Below are positions 26,047-37,294 of a DNA stretch of 37,712 bases, in pieces; position 1 is the stretch's first letter, and each line of letters begins with the position of its first letter. The stretch is taken from IMG/VR virus record IMGVR_UViG_2700989168_000004. One strand, 5' to 3'. This DNA comes from a virus (lineage: Duplodnaviria > Heunggongvirae > Uroviricota > Caudoviricetes). The notes beneath the pieces were generated by a model. The model searched no databases and had not been told where the DNA came from. It saw only the letters and a program-made list of their open reading frames with translations. The position numbers and the translations under genes are program-made.

Positions 26047-27874
26047 ATTTGAGCTTAAGGCGTTGATCACCGGTGTCGACAGGCTTTCTCCCGCGCTGTC
26101 GAAAATGCAAAAGAAAATCCGGGGATTTAAACGCCAGGCGGAAGAAGCGTCACAGGGTGGGCTGGCGCTTGGTGGCGGACTGGCAGCGGGTCTGACGCTT
26201 TCCCTGAAATCTTATGCCGATCAGGAAAACGCCGCCACCGGGCTGAAAGTCGCTATGATGGATGCGAACGGCGAGATTGGAAAGCGCTTTCAGGACATCA
26301 ATAAACTGGCTATTGGCCTGGGTAACCAGCTACCCGGTACAACGGCTGATTTCCAGAACATGATGCAGATGCTGGTGCGTCAGGGGATCCCGGCAGAAAA
26401 CATTCTGAGTGGTGTGGGTAAAGCGACAGCTTATCTTGCGGTACAACTGAAAAAAACACCGGAAGCGGCTGCTGAGTTTGCTGCAAAGATGCAGGATGCT
26501 ACCGGAACGGCGTCAGAAGACATGATGGGGCTGTTCGACACTATCCAGAAGGCGTTTTATCTGGGCGTGGACGATACCAACATGTTGTCCTTCTTCACTA
26601 AAACCAGCTCTGTTCTGAAGATGGTGAACAAGGACGGTCTTCAGGCTGCACAGAGCCTTGCCCCCATCAGCGTCATGATGGATCAGATGGGGATGAACGG
26701 GGAGTCGGCAGGTAACGCCCTGCGAAAAGTTATCCAGTCCGGATTAAGCGTTAAGAAAATCAGGGACGTCAATAAAGTCATGGCCCGCCAGAAACTCGGA
26801 GTGCAGCTCGATTTTACTGACGGCAAAGGGAGTTTTGGCGGTCTTGATAACATGTTCAGGCAACTGGCAAAGCTGCGAAAACTGACCGACGTTAAGCGAA
26901 CAGGTGTACTTAAGGCAATATTTGGTGATGATGCCGAAACCCTTCAGGTGGTCAATGCTCTGATCGATAAAGGAAAGGATGGTTACGATCAGATCCAGCA
27001 GAAGATGAATAAACAGGCCAGCCTGAATAAACGTGTTCAGGCACAGCTTGGTACGCTGTCCAACCTGTGGGAGGCAATGACGGGGACCGCAACTAACGGT
27101 CTTGCAGCTATTGGCGGCGCATTTTCTGGTGACGCTAAAAATATCACGCAATGGCTGGGGGAGTTGGGGGAGAAATTCACGAAGTTTGCGGATGAAAATC
27201 CCCGGGTTATTCGCGGCGTCGTCGGGCTTGCTGCTGGTCTTGCGATTCTGAAACTGGGATTGATGGGCGTTGGCGGTGCCATCAGTATTGTCAGCAGGAT
27301 CATGTCGATGACGCCGATTGGCATGATTGCGACGGCGATAGCCCTGGCTGCGGGATTAATTATCACTAACTGGGATGTTGTCGGACCTTATTTTAAGAAA
27401 CTCTGGGAAACCATTGGTCCTTATTTTGAGGCTGGCTGGGAACTCCTTAAGAAAGTTTTTGCCTGGTCGCCGCTGGGGATGGTGATCAATAACTGGGGGC
27501 CGGTTGTTAAGTGGTTTCAGGATATGTGGGACAAGCTGAAGCCAATTATTGAGTGGTTTACCGACAGTTCCGGTGACACGGTCGATGCCATTAACTCTGC
27601 TCAGTGGGGCGCGGGTGCTTATGATGCTTATGGGACGGGAATACCGGCGCGGGGATACACACCTTATCCGGCGGTAGATCCGGCTCAGTCAAACAACGCC
27701 TCCGGTGCCACAGGCCCGAATCCCTTCATGATTAACAAAGCTTCTGCGCCAAAAGTTGATGGTGAGATCAAGGTCTCTTTTATGAATTCGCCCCCGGGTA
27801 TGCGGGTTATGGAAACGCGATCCAGCGGTTTTGATGTCAGCCATGATGTTGGCTATACGCGCTTTGGCAGGTAA
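26039..27874 (+). CDS. tail tape measure protein
   Basis: 611 aa, Ala/Gly-rich with hydrophobic central segment, in the canonical position. Confidence 0.85.
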   Translation: MAEFELKALITGVDRLSPALSKMQKKIRGFKRQAEEASQGGLALGGGLAAGLTLSLKSYADQENAATGLKVAMMDANGEIGKRFQDINKLAIGLGNQLPGTTADFQNMMQMLVRQGIPAENILSGVGKATAYLAVQLKKTPEAAAEFAAKMQDATGTASEDMMGLFDTIQKAFYLGVDDTNMLSFFTKTSSVLKMVNKDGLQAAQSLAPISVMMDQMGMNGESAGNALRKVIQSGLSVKKIRDVNKVMARQKLGVQLDFTDGKGSFGGLDNMFRQLAKLRKLTDVKRTGVLKAIFGDDAETLQVVNALIDKGKDGYDQIQQKMNKQASLNKRVQAQLGTLSNLWEAMTGTATNGLAAIGGAFSGDAKNITQWLGELGEKFTKFADENPRVIRGVVGLAAGLAILKLGLMGVGGAISIVSRIMSMTPIGMIATAIALAAGLIITNWDVVGPYFKKLWETIGPYFEAGWELLKKVFAWSPLGMVINNWGPVVKWFQDMWDKLKPIIEWFTDSSGDTVDAINSAQWGAGAYDAYGTGIPARGYTPYPAVDPAQSNNASGATGPNPFMINKASAPKVDGEIKVSFMNSPPGMRVMETRSSGFDVSHDVGYTRFGR

Positions 27875-27934
27875 TGAAAAATTAATCTGTTAATGAGTCC
27901 CACTCCGGTGGGATTTTTTATGTACGGAGTTTAT

Positions 27935-29263
27935 ATGACGTGGAAAGACAGACTTCAGGACGCGTCATTTCGCGGTGTGCCGTTTAAGGTTGAAGAAGAA
28001 AGTGCGGGAACCGGTCGTCGTGTGGAAACGCACGAATACCCGAACCGCGACAAACCCTATACCGAAGACCTGGGGAAAATCACTTTCCGCCCGTCCATCA
28101 CAGCTTATGTGGTGGGAGATGACTGCTTTGACCAGCGCGATCGCCTGATTGACGCGCTGAATAAACCCGGTCCCGGCACGCTTGTCCATCCGACTTACGG
28201 TGAGCTGAAAGTCTGTGTTGACGGGGAAGTTCGGGTCAGCACATCGAAGAGTGAAGGGCGTATTGTCCGCTTTGACCTGAAGTTTGTCGAAGCGGGAGAA
28301 CTCTCTTACCCCACTTCAGGTGCGGCGACGGCGCAGACGCTGATGTCATCCTGTTCTGCACTGGATGACTGCATCAGTGACAGCTTCAGTGGTTTCAGTA
28401 TCGATGGCGTGGCAGATTTTGTGCAGAACGACGTCGTCGGTAATGCCAGCACAATGCTTGGGTATGTTTCTGATGCGATGAAAGTGGTGGATTCTGCCGT
28501 ATCGGATGCCGCCAGGCTGTTGCAGGGGGATATCTCGGTACTTCTGCCACCGCCATCGTCAGGCAAAAATTTCGTTGAGCAGGTGCAGAAAATGTGGCGT
28601 ACCGGGAAACGCCTTTATGGTAACGCCAGCGACCTGGTCACCATGATCAAAACGCTTTCCGGTGTCAGCCTCGGCAGCGATCTGCAACCGCGCGGCGTCT
28701 GGAAAACGGACAGTAAAACCAACGCCACGGCGACGCAGCAGCGTAACGTGGTTGCCAGCACCCTTCGTACGACCGCAATCAGCGAAGCGGCGTATGCCGT
28801 CACACGATTGCCTGCGCCCACAACTTCCGCGGTGATGCAGAATGCCACAATGGGGCAGTCAACAACACCCGCGCAGAGCACCGGCTGGCCTTCTGTCACG
28901 CATCCGGCACTGAACAATGCACCGGCGGTGAAAAACACGGTTGACCTGCCAACGTGGGAAGAACTGACCGACATTCGCGACACACTGAATACGGCAATTG
29001 ATAAGGAGTTGTCCCGTACAACCAGTGATGCGTTGTTTCTGGCGCTGCGCCGGGTGAAAGCAGATCTGAATGCGGATATCAACACGCGCCTTGAACAGTC
29101 TGCACGGATCATTCAGCGCACGCCGGATGAGGTTTTACCCGCGCTGGTGCTGGCGGCGACCTTGTTTGATAACGCGGCGCGTGACGCGGACATTATCCGG
29201 CGTAATGCCATTACGCATCCCGGCTTTGTGCCGGTGATCCCTCTGAAGGTGCCAGTGCAATGA
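27935..29263 (+). CDS. Mu gpN-like DNA circulation protein
   Basis: Position after tape measure in Mu-type tail module; start uncertain (ATG 27893, 27920 or 27935; GGAG precedes 27935). Confidence 0.7.
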   Translation: MTWKDRLQDASFRGVPFKVEEESAGTGRRVETHEYPNRDKPYTEDLGKITFRPSITAYVVGDDCFDQRDRLIDALNKPGPGTLVHPTYGELKVCVDGEVRVSTSKSEGRIVRFDLKFVEAGELSYPTSGAATAQTLMSSCSALDDCISDSFSGFSIDGVADFVQNDVVGNASTMLGYVSDAMKVVDSAVSDAARLLQGDISVLLPPPSSGKNFVEQVQKMWRTGKRLYGNASDLVTMIKTLSGVSLGSDLQPRGVWKTDSKTNATATQQRNVVASTLRTTAISEAAYAVTRLPAPTTSAVMQNATMGQSTTPAQSTGWPSVTHPALNNAPAVKNTVDLPTWEELTDIRDTLNTAIDKELSRTTSDALFLALRRVKADLNADINTRLEQSARIIQRTPDEVLPALVLAATLFDNAARDADIIRRNAITHPGFVPVIPLKVPVQ

Positions 29264-30339
29264 ACGACAATGTCACGCTACGGGTAAATGGCCGGGAGTG
29301 GAATGGCTGGACATCGGTGCGCATCGGTGCCGGTGTTGAACGACTGGCGCGGGATTTCAGTGTGGAGATCACCCGCCAGTGGCCGGGAGATGAGGGTATT
29401 ACCACGCTTCAGTCGCGCATTAAAAACGGTTCAAAAGTGGAGGTGCTGATTGGTGATGAGCTGGTGATCACCGGCTGGGTGGAGGCGACGCCCGTTCGTT
29501 ACGATGCCCGTTCGGTCAGCACCGGTATTGCCGGACGTAGTCTGACGGCTGACCTGATTGACTGTGCAGCCGAACCGACACAGTTTAACGGACGCTCGCT
29601 GGTGCAGATTGCGCAGGCGCTTGCTGCGCCTTTCGGCATTGAGGTGGTGAACAGCGGTGCGCCGTCGGGTGTTATTCCTGATGTTCAGCCTGATCACGGT
29701 GAAACGGTGATTGAGGTAATCAACAAAATACTCGGTCAGCAGCAGGCACTGGCTTACGACGACCCGCACGGCAGGCTGGTGATTGGCGGTATTGGCTCAA
29801 CGCGGGCACATACTGCGCTGGTACTCGGGGAAAACATCCTTTCCTGTGATACGGAGAAGAGTATCCGGGAGCGGTTTTCTGTTTACCAGGTGGCGGGGCA
29901 GCGTGCCGGAAACGACGATGATTTCGGTGAGGCCACCACCACCGCGCTGCGGGCCCGCACAGAGGACGCATTTATTGCCCGTTACCGTCCGATGTATATC
30001 AGGCAGACAGGGCAGGCTACGGGGGCAGGCTGTATTGCCCGTGCGGACTTTGAAGCCAGACAACGGGCGGCGCGGACGGATGAAACCACCTACGTGGTGC
30101 AGGGCTGGCGACAGGGTAACGGTACGCTGTGGCAGCCCAACCAGCGGGTGATTGTCTTTGATCCGGTCTGTGGTTTCGACAATACCGAACTGCTTGTTTC
30201 GGAAGTCACGTTTACTCAGGACCAGAACGGCACCCTGACGGAAATCCGTGTCGGCCCACCTGATGCTTATCTGCCTGAACCCGAAGCCCCCGGCGCGCGA
30301 AAAAAGAAAAAAGCCAGAGTACAGGAGGACCCGTTCTGA
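29260..30339 (+). CDS. Mu gpP-like baseplate hub / tail protein
   Basis: 359 aa, ATGA-coupled, canonical order. Confidence 0.75.
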   Translation: MNDNVTLRVNGREWNGWTSVRIGAGVERLARDFSVEITRQWPGDEGITTLQSRIKNGSKVEVLIGDELVITGWVEATPVRYDARSVSTGIAGRSLTADLIDCAAEPTQFNGRSLVQIAQALAAPFGIEVVNSGAPSGVIPDVQPDHGETVIEVINKILGQQQALAYDDPHGRLVIGGIGSTRAHTALVLGENILSCDTEKSIRERFSVYQVAGQRAGNDDDFGEATTTALRARTEDAFIARYRPMYIRQTGQATGAGCIARADFEARQRAARTDETTYVVQGWRQGNGTLWQPNQRVIVFDPVCGFDNTELLVSEVTFTQDQNGTLTEIRVGPPDAYLPEPEAPGARKKKKARVQEDPF

Positions 30340-30887
30340 TGAGGACGATTGAAGCCATGCAGCGACAACTCCTCGGCCTGATTGGGCGGGCCGTGGTGAA
30401 AAGCATCAGTGCCGCCACGAAATGTCAGACCGTGGATGTGTCTCTGATTGCCGGTGAACCCAAAGCTGGGGTTGAACATCTTGAACCCTACGGTTTTACC
30501 GCAAGGGCAAACAGCGGTGCGGAAGCGGTGGTGTTGTTTCCGGATGGCGACCGTTCTCATGCGGTGGTTGTTACGGTGTCGGACCGGCGCTACCGCCTGA
30601 AAGGGCTGCAGACGGGTGAGGTGGCTGTCTATGACGATCAGGGGCAGTCCGTGACGCTGACCCGGGAGGGGATCGTGGTGGACGGTGCAGGTAAAACGAT
30701 CACGTTTCGCAATGCACCTGAAGCACGTTTTGAAATGGACCTGGAAGTGACAGGACAGGTGAAAGACCTGTGCGACTCCGGCGGCACCACCATGTCAGCG
30801 ATGCGGCTTGCCTATAACGGGCATCGTCACAGAGAGAACGGTCAGGGCAGTAACACCGACAAACCTGATAAAGCGATGGAGGCATGA
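30339..30887 (+). CDS. baseplate spike / assembly protein V (Mu gp45-like)
   Basis: 182 aa; order and size. Confidence 0.75.
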   Translation: MRTIEAMQRQLLGLIGRAVVKSISAATKCQTVDVSLIAGEPKAGVEHLEPYGFTARANSGAEAVVLFPDGDRSHAVVVTVSDRRYRLKGLQTGEVAVYDDQGQSVTLTREGIVVDGAGKTITFRNAPEARFEMDLEVTGQVKDLCDSGGTTMSAMRLAYNGHRHRENGQGSNTDKPDKAMEA

Positions 30888-31312
30888 TGGAACTGTGGCT
30901 GACGGTGAACGGTAAACGCACCTGCGCCAGCGCACCGCTGGATCCGCTGACCCGCGCCGTGGTGATTTCCCTGTTTACCTGGCGGCGGGCGGAGCCTGAT
31001 GACAACGCCGACGTCCCGATGGGATGGTGGGGGGATACCTGGCCTGCGGTACAGAATGACCGTTACGGCTCCCGACTGTGGCTGCTTCAGCGCAGCAAAC
31101 TGACCAATCAGCTGGTGCAGACGGTAAGGGGGTATATCCGCGAATGCCTGCAATGGATGATTGATGACGGCGTGGTGTCCCGTATTGATCTGGATATCCG
31201 CCGCACCGGGATTAATGAACTGGGTAACAGTATCACTCTCTGGCGTCGTGACGGACCGGTAATGATTTCTTTTGATGATCTGTGGAGTGCGATAACGCAT
31301 GGCGGACAGTGA
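30884..31312 (+). CDS. Mu gp46-like baseplate protein
   Basis: 142 aa; ATGA-coupled. Confidence 0.7.
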   Translation: MMELWLTVNGKRTCASAPLDPLTRAVVISLFTWRRAEPDDNADVPMGWWGDTWPAVQNDRYGSRLWLLQRSKLTNQLVQTVRGYIRECLQWMIDDGVVSRIDLDIRRTGINELGNSITLWRRDGPVMISFDDLWSAITHGGQ

Positions 31313-32357
31313 ATTTCAGCGCCCGACGCTGGCAGAAAATATCAGTATGCTCCGTAACGATTTATTCGCCAGGCTGGACGTCAGCGACACGCTCCGGCGC
31401 ATGGATGAAGACGTGCGGGCAAAGGTGTATGCGGCGGCGCTGCATACGGTTTACGGGTACATCGATTATCTGGCAATGAATATGCTGCCTGACCTGTGCG
31501 ATGAGTCCTGGCTGGCGCGACATGCTGCGATGAAACGGTGTCCGCGCAAGGGGGCCACGGCTGCCAGCGGGTATATGCGCTGGGAAGGTGTCAGCGATGG
31601 CCTGAAGGTGACTGCCGGGAGCGTGATTCAGCGCGATGACCTGGTTCAGTACACGGCAACTGCCGATGCAACCAGCTCCGGTGGTGTCCTGCGTGTGCCG
31701 ATCACTTGCTCAACTACAGGCGCGGTCGGTAACGCTGACGACGGTACGGCATTAATCCTGGTCACGCCGGTGAATGGTCTGCCGTCTTCCGGTGTGGCTG
31801 ACACCCTGACAGGCGGATTTGATACTGAAGAGCTGGAAACGTGGCGCGCCCGCGTCATTGAGCGGTATTACTGGACGCCTCAGGGCGGGGCTGACGGGGA
31901 CTATGTCGTCTGGGCTAAAGAAGTGCCAGGCATTACCCGTGCATGGACATACCGCCACTGGATGGGAACGGGAACTGTCGGTGTGATGATTGCCAGCAGT
32001 GACCTGATTAATCCCATTCCGGAAGAATCAACGGAAACGGCAGCAAGACAACATATCGGGCCACTGGCCCCGGTGGCAGGCTCTGATTTGTATGTATTCA
32101 GGCCGGTGGCACATACGGTGGATTTTCATATCCGCGTGACGCCGGACACACCAGAAATACGGGCTGCCATTACCGCGGAGTTGCGTTCGTTCCTGCTGCG
32201 TGATGGTTATCCGCAGGGAGAACTGAAGGTGTCACGTATCAGTGAAGCGATTTCCGGTGCGAACGGGGAATACAGCCATCAGTTGCTTGCACCGGCGGAC
32301 AATATCTCCATTGCAAAAAATGAACTGGCGGTACTGGGGACGATTTCATGGACGTGA
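31299..32357 (+). CDS. baseplate J-like protein (Mu gp47-like)
   Basis: 352 aa; order and size. Confidence 0.8.
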   Translation: MADSEFQRPTLAENISMLRNDLFARLDVSDTLRRMDEDVRAKVYAAALHTVYGYIDYLAMNMLPDLCDESWLARHAAMKRCPRKGATAASGYMRWEGVSDGLKVTAGSVIQRDDLVQYTATADATSSGGVLRVPITCSTTGAVGNADDGTALILVTPVNGLPSSGVADTLTGGFDTEELETWRARVIERYYWTPQGGADGDYVVWAKEVPGITRAWTYRHWMGTGTVGVMIASSDLINPIPEESTETAARQHIGPLAPVAGSDLYVFRPVAHTVDFHIRVTPDTPEIRAAITAELRSFLLRDGYPQGELKVSRISEAISGANGEYSHQLLAPADNISIAKNELAVLGTISWT

Positions 32358-32932
32358 CAAACGATGATTACATCCGTCTGTTGTCGGCACTGTTGCCACC
32401 CGGTCCGGCGTGGTCAGCCAGAGATCCGGCGATTGCCGGTGCGGCACCGTCATTAACCCGCGTTCATCAGCGTGCGGATGCCCTGATGCGGGAGCTGGAT
32501 CCGCGCACCACCACTGAACTGATAAACCGCTGGGAGCGTCTGTGCGGTCTGCCGGATGAATGTATTCCCGCAGGGACACAGACCCTTCGCCAGCGTCAGC
32601 AACGACTGGATGCGAAGGTTAACCTGGCGGGCGGCATCAATGAGGATTTTTACCTTGCACAGCTTGCTGCCCTGGGCAGACCAGACGCTACCATCACGCG
32701 ATACGACAAAAGCACGTTCACCTGCTCATCTGCCTGTACTGACGCGGTGAATGCACCGGAATGGCGGTATTACTGGCAGGTCAACATGCCAGTCGCCACC
32801 AACACCACCTGGATGACATGTGGCGATCCCTGTGATTCCGCGCTGCGCTTCTGGGGGGACACCGTTGTCGAGTGTGTGCTTAACAAACTCTGCCCGTCGC
32901 ATACCTATGTGATTTTTAAATATCCGGAGTAA
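32348..32932 (+). CDS. Mu gp48-like / YmfQ-like tail protein (DUF2313)
   Basis: 194 aa preceding the tail fibre gene, as in e14 and Mu. Confidence 0.7.
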   Translation: MDVTNDDYIRLLSALLPPGPAWSARDPAIAGAAPSLTRVHQRADALMRELDPRTTTELINRWERLCGLPDECIPAGTQTLRQRQQRLDAKVNLAGGINEDFYLAQLAALGRPDATITRYDKSTFTCSSACTDAVNAPEWRYYWQVNMPVATNTTWMTCGDPCDSALRFWGDTVVECVLNKLCPSHTYVIFKYPE

Positions 32933-32935
32933 TCC

Positions 32936-33586
32936 ATGCATCGTATAGACACGAAAACCGCGCAGAAGGATAAGTTCGGCGCGGGTAAGAACGGTTTTAC
33001 CCGTGGTAACCCCCAGACTGGCACGCCTGCCACCGATCTGGATGATGACTACTTTGACATGTTGCAGGAGGAGCTTTGCAGCGTGGTGGAGGCATCCGGT
33101 GCCAGCCTGGAGAAGGGGCGGCACGATCAGTTGCTTACCGCACTTCGCGCGCTGCTGTTAAGCCGCAAGAATCCGTTTGGCGATATCAAATCGGATGGCA
33201 CGGTGAAAACGGCTCTCGAAAACCTTGGTTTGGGAGAAGCAGCTAAAAGGAATGTAGGTACAGGGGCGAATCAGATACCTGATATGAGCCTGTTCGCGTC
33301 AAGTAATACCGCAACGGCTGCTGCGCAAAAATTTCCGTCTGGATTAATTTTACAGTGCGGTCAGTTGAATGGCTCCCCTAATGTATCTTCAACATACGGG
33401 ATGAGGTTCCCGATGACATTCTCAAGAGTCCTTGCTGTCACAGTTACATTGAACGTTACTGGCGCGTCAGGGCAGCCGACTGTATCGGCGACAAATGTCC
33501 ATAACACTGGATTTGATATTACAGTGTCGCCCGGTTCAGGATATGGTTCATCTGCTGATGCGTATTACATTGCAATGGGATATTAA
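32936..33586 (+). CDS. tail fibre protein (conserved N-terminal anchor, variable C-terminus)
   Basis: N-terminus [22 protein letters not shown]... resembles the conserved baseplate-attachment region of enterobacterial tail fibres. Confidence 0.7.
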   Translation: MHRIDTKTAQKDKFGAGKNGFTRGNPQTGTPATDLDDDYFDMLQEELCSVVEASGASLEKGRHDQLLTALRALLLSRKNPFGDIKSDGTVKTALENLGLGEAAKRNVGTGANQIPDMSLFASSNTATAAAQKFPSGLILQCGQLNGSPNVSSTYGMRFPMTFSRVLAVTVTLNVTGASGQPTVSATNVHNTGFDITVSPGSGYGSSADAYYIAMGY

Positions 33587-33590
33587 CGAA

Positions 33591-33941
33591 ATGTCATATT
33601 TTTATTCTGCATCGACAAACGGATTTTATTCGACTGAATTTCACGGCACCAATATTCCTGATGATGCAGTGGAAATCTCGGAATCAGAGTGGAAAACACT
33701 GATTAATTCGCAGAGTGTAACAAAAATGATTACCTGTGGTGAGAATGGTCACCCTGTCATTGTTGACCGTCCTTCTCCAACACCAGAACAATTAGCCTTA
33801 ATAAATAATGAAAAGAAATCTGCACTGATAGCAGAGGCAACGAATGTAATAGCGCCGCTTCAGGATGCGGTTGATTTAGATATGGCAACAGATGATGAAA
33901 CGAAACTGTTACTGGCATGGAAAAATATCGCGCACTATTGA
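33591..33941 (+). CDS. tail fibre assembly protein (Tfa-like)
   Basis: Starts MSYFYSASTNGFY, typical of Tfa chaperones; ATG 33591 preferred over the track start at 33495, which overlaps the fibre gene. Confidence 0.7.
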   Translation: MSYFYSASTNGFYSTEFHGTNIPDDAVEISESEWKTLINSQSVTKMITCGENGHPVIVDRPSPTPEQLALINNEKKSALIAEATNVIAPLQDAVDLDMATDDETKLLLAWKNIAHY

Positions 33942-34167
33942 TGCGTGTTGATATAAAAAATACAGAGTGGCCGAAAAAACCAGAGAGCAATCTATAAGAG
34001 AAAATTCGTTATTGGATGAAAAGCGAGACATCTAATTATAACAGCATATGGTTTTTCTAATGATAGCTCCTTCAACTTTATAGTATCTCATATACTCTAG
34101 AATATAGCTCTAAATGAGGGTTTGTTGTATACGGCAACCACTCCATTTTTATTCCTGATAGGGATAT

Positions 34168-34189
34168 AACCCGTCGAAAAAGACGGGTT
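34168..34189. terminator. hairpin between convergent tail-fibre module and gtr cassette (possible bidirectional terminator)
   Basis: AACCCGTC-GAAAAA-GACGGGTT perfect 8-bp stem; weak U tracts. Confidence 0.3.
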
Positions 34190-34230
34190 ATTCATTCGTT
34201 AGTGTGGTTTATATGGTAGGGGGCAATTTA

Positions 34231-35751
34231 CTATAGGTTAAGTTTTTTGTTAAATACTAATATTACTCTTCCTTCAAAGTTCAAAACTTCGTCAGGCTTA
34301 CCTAATTGTTCTTGAATACCTGCAAGGCAGGATGTCATTTCTTTACATCGTTCAGGTTCGTTAGCTATGGAAACTGCTATAAACTGTCGCTCAGGAGCAG
34401 AATTGAACGCCTCCTTGCTATGCCAAGAAGCCAGTGTCTGTTGTCTCACGCCAGTAAAGTTAATTTTCCCCGAATCAGCATTAAAGAAAACAGGAGTTAT
34501 CTGTATGTCCCCACCAGATAACCAATTTACAGTCATTGACAAATCCCAAAAAGAGCCGTACCCATAATGGAGATTATTTTTTTTTAAAAAATCAATGTAT
34601 GATTTAACAATCTTCTCCTGATCGTGTAATGGTGAAGCATTATTTGTGTAAGATTTAATTGAACTGATCGAAAATAAAAATGCGATTAGATAAAATAATA
34701 TCTTTGCTTTTGTTGATGTACCGATACAGCACAATATCAGTGCGAAACAGGTAACATTCATAAAGAAACGCATGCTAATATAATCAGGGGATTTATAGCT
34801 CAGTATGAATGATGAGACAATACCTGCGATAGATAATAATGAAAATAACACAATATAAATACGGTATGTGTTTTTTTTATTGTCCGATAAAACAAACCAC
34901 GCAGATGTAATAATGGCAATGAACCAAATGACAAATGAGGCGTAAGATGTTGCGTTATTGTCGACAACTAATAAATTAAGACTTTTTCCTATTAACAGAA
35001 TGCACCATTTTGCATTTAAAATCATATCATTGAGTGATACAATTTCAAATTGGTGGGGAGGTATGTTAAGTAGATTTTGCAATACATTGGAAAGAGAGAT
35101 TAAACATGCAAATAGTATTAATGCAGTATGCTTAAATAATTTTTTATCCCATACAGAGAATAAAAAGTAAGATATTAATAGTGGAATAAAAAATGCAGCT
35201 GTAAACCACGGATCGGATACGCTGGAAAATAATGCTGTCAAACTTAAGAGGAGAGTGATAAATATATTTTTATACTGTATGTTGAAAACAGATATAAGCA
35301 AGCATAAAAAGCCGAAAGCGTTTGTTGAATTATGAGAAAAAGGATGTGATACAAAACCATAAGTGTATGAAAAATATGGTATTAGAGATAGAAGTATAAT
35401 AGAAAATAAAGCAGGGGTAAACCCGAATGCCTTACGTAGCGTTAACATCGCTGCTATTACTATAGCAATAGAGAAAACTGCAGTTGATAATCTTAATGCT
35501 ACTAAGCCATCATCACCTAACAGCATATAAAATAAAAAGTTAATTGGGTAAACGGTGAAATACCAATTATCCACGGTTGGTTTCCAGTCGTGGATTGATG
35601 ATATACCATTCTCTAAAATATGCCTCCATACAATTGGGCTGTTAGCAACATCCGGTTCAACTGGAAAGTATCTGGTAGTCAACCAAGTTATTAGGAGTGC
35701 TGATAAAGCCAATAATATTTTTAATGCTGATTGTTTAATACATATGCTCAT
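34231..35751 (-). CDS. serotype-specific O-antigen glucosyltransferase (Gtr type-specific, polytopic membrane protein)
   Basis: 506 aa, many hydrophobic helices, AT-rich, directly downstream of gtrA-gtrB on the same strand; type cannot be assigned by eye. Confidence 0.75.
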   Translation of the reverse strand: MSICIKQSALKILLALSALLITWLTTRYFPVEPDVANSPIVWRHILENGISSIHDWKPTVDNWYFTVYPINFLFYMLLGDDGLVALRLSTAVFSIAIVIAAMLTLRKAFGFTPALFSIILLSLIPYFSYTYGFVSHPFSHNSTNAFGFLCLLISVFNIQYKNIFITLLLSLTALFSSVSDPWFTAAFFIPLLISYFLFSVWDKKLFKHTALILFACLISLSNVLQNLLNIPPHQFEIVSLNDMILNAKWCILLIGKSLNLLVVDNNATSYASFVIWFIAIITSAWFVLSDNKKNTYRIYIVLFSLLSIAGIVSSFILSYKSPDYISMRFFMNVTCFALILCCIGTSTKAKILFYLIAFLFSISSIKSYTNNASPLHDQEKIVKSYIDFLKKNNLHYGYGSFWDLSMTVNWLSGGDIQITPVFFNADSGKINFTGVRQQTLASWHSKEAFNSAPERQFIAVSIANEPERCKEMTSCLAGIQEQLGKPDEVLNFEGRVILVFNKKLNL

Positions 35752-35753
35752 GG

Positions 35754-36674
35754 TTATTTTCTACCTTTCTTCAAAATATACTTAGGTCTTGATTTTGTTT
35801 CTAAGTAAATTCTACCTATATATTCACCGAGAACACCAATCCCGATCAGTTGCACTCCACCCAAGAAAAGTATTGATACAAGCAGGGAGGGATACCCGCG
35901 TACTGGGTTACCAAAGACAAGGGTGTCTATAATCATCCATGCACCATATAAAAATGAAATGCTTGCAACAAACAAGCCTATATAAGTCCATACGCGAAGA
36001 GGAAAGGTTGAAAAACTTGTGATACCTTCCAGTGCCAGATTCCATAATTTCCAGCCATTAAATTTTGAGATGCCAGCAACACGCTCTGCGCGTACATATT
36101 CAACGACATCCGTCTGACCACCCACCCAGCTCAGTATGCCTTTCATGAAAAGATTGCGCTCAGGCAACAGTTTAATGTTCTCCACAACCTCACGAGACAT
36201 GAGTCGAAAATCTCCGACATTTTCCTCGATCTTTGGGGTGCTTATTTTGTTGTGTAATTTATAGAACCACTCAGCTGTCTTACGTTTCAGTCGTCCATCA
36301 GTTGAGCGGTCTGAACGTTTAGCAAGCACCATGTCAGCACCTGCCTGCCACTTTTCAATAAGATGAGGGATAACCTCAATTGGGTCTTGCAGGTCGACAT
36401 CAATAGGAATTACAGCATCGCCGCTTGCATGGTCTAACCCTGCAAATAAGGCTGGTTCTTTACCAAAGTTGCGTGTAAATGACAGCGGAACAACTAGCGG
36501 GTCTGAAACAGCCAGCGCGTTAATAATTGACTCTGTGGCATCTTTACTTCCGTCATTTATGAATACAATTTCTACTTCATATGGCTTCAACTCTTGGAAT
36601 TCACGTACCGTTTTATAGAAAACAGGTATCGCTTCTTCTTCATTGAAGACAGGAACGACAAGAGATATTTTCAT
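35754..36674 (-). CDS. gtrB: bactoprenol glucosyltransferase GtrB (GT2 family)
   Basis: 306 aa with GT2 signatures ([21 protein letters not shown]) and C-terminal TM segments. Confidence 0.9.
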   Translation of the reverse strand: MKISLVVPVFNEEEAIPVFYKTVREFQELKPYEVEIVFINDGSKDATESIINALAVSDPLVVPLSFTRNFGKEPALFAGLDHASGDAVIPIDVDLQDPIEVIPHLIEKWQAGADMVLAKRSDRSTDGRLKRKTAEWFYKLHNKISTPKIEENVGDFRLMSREVVENIKLLPERNLFMKGILSWVGGQTDVVEYVRAERVAGISKFNGWKLWNLALEGITSFSTFPLRVWTYIGLFVASISFLYGAWMIIDTLVFGNPVRGYPSLLVSILFLGGVQLIGIGVLGEYIGRIYLETKSRPKYILKKGRK

Positions 36675-37033
36675 TTCGCATCCCTAAAGACAATGAACTT
36701 TGAATAGACGAAACCGCACACCAGACTGATGGCGGAGAAGGTGATAAGAGTGACTATTGGAGGAAGTGAGCATTTATCAGCTGCCCAACCAACAATCACA
36801 CTCAATATTCCCATAAATCCCACGTATAACATGTAGCGCATCGCTGTAGTCGATGCTTTGAATGTGAATCTTGCATTCGCGAAGAAGCTAAAGCTCACAG
36901 CCACTACGAAACCTGTGAAGTTTGCCAGAGCCTGACTGGTATGTGCGGCATAGATACATACACCAAAAACCACCCAGTGTATAAGTGTGTTCAGCACACC
37001 TATAGATGTGTACTTTACAAATAACTTTAACAT
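36671..37033 (-). CDS. gtrA: GtrA flippase-like small membrane protein
   Basis: 120 aa, near-identical by recall to serotype-converting phage GtrA ([27 protein letters not shown]...). Confidence 0.9.
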   Translation of the reverse strand: MLKLFVKYTSIGVLNTLIHWVVFGVCIYAAHTSQALANFTGFVVAVSFSFFANARFTFKASTTAMRYMLYVGFMGILSVIVGWAADKCSLPPIVTLITFSAISLVCGFVYSKFIVFRDAK

Positions 37034-37234
37034 TTATTTAATCAATGAGCTCTGAAAGGCATGAAGTCTATCATCCAAGTCTCAATTGATCGATACTTGC
37101 TATGTCTGATGAGACAAAACTGAGACACATAAGGCCTCACAATGGCTTGCAAGGCTTTACATGTTTTGATGTGGTGGGACGTGTGAGCGCAGTGTTGATG
37201 GGATAATCCTTTGAATTACAAGCGGATTCTTATA

Positions 37235-37280
37235 ATTCGTAATGCGAAGGTCGTAGGTTCGACTCCTATTATCGGCACCA
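37235..37280 (+). other. 46-bp att core identical to the 3' end of tRNA-Thr (thrW-type), not a complete tRNA
   Basis: ATTCGTAATGCGAAGGTCGTAGGTTCGACTCCTATTATCGGCACCA matches the anticodon-loop-to-CCA portion of E. coli thrW as recalled; the 5' half of the tRNA is absent upstream. Confidence 0.7.
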
Positions 37281-37294
37281 TTTAAATCAATAAG

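Noticed and set aside
26744-30560. Antisense or alternative-frame ORFs within tape measure and baseplate genes
   Set aside because: Same reasoning; the sense frames form a coherent, translationally coupled Mu-type tail operon.
33942-34230. AT-rich 290-bp spacer between the Tfa gene and the gtr cassette as a possible small RNA or invertible fibre switch
   Set aside because: No flanking inverted repeats or invertase gene, and no promoter-terminator pair; treated as the cargo boundary with one hairpin.
37034-37234. Dam/OxyR phase-variation switch upstream of gtrA
   Set aside because: Only a single GATC was found by eye in the gtrA upstream region, whereas the known switch needs paired GATC-containing OxyR half-sites.
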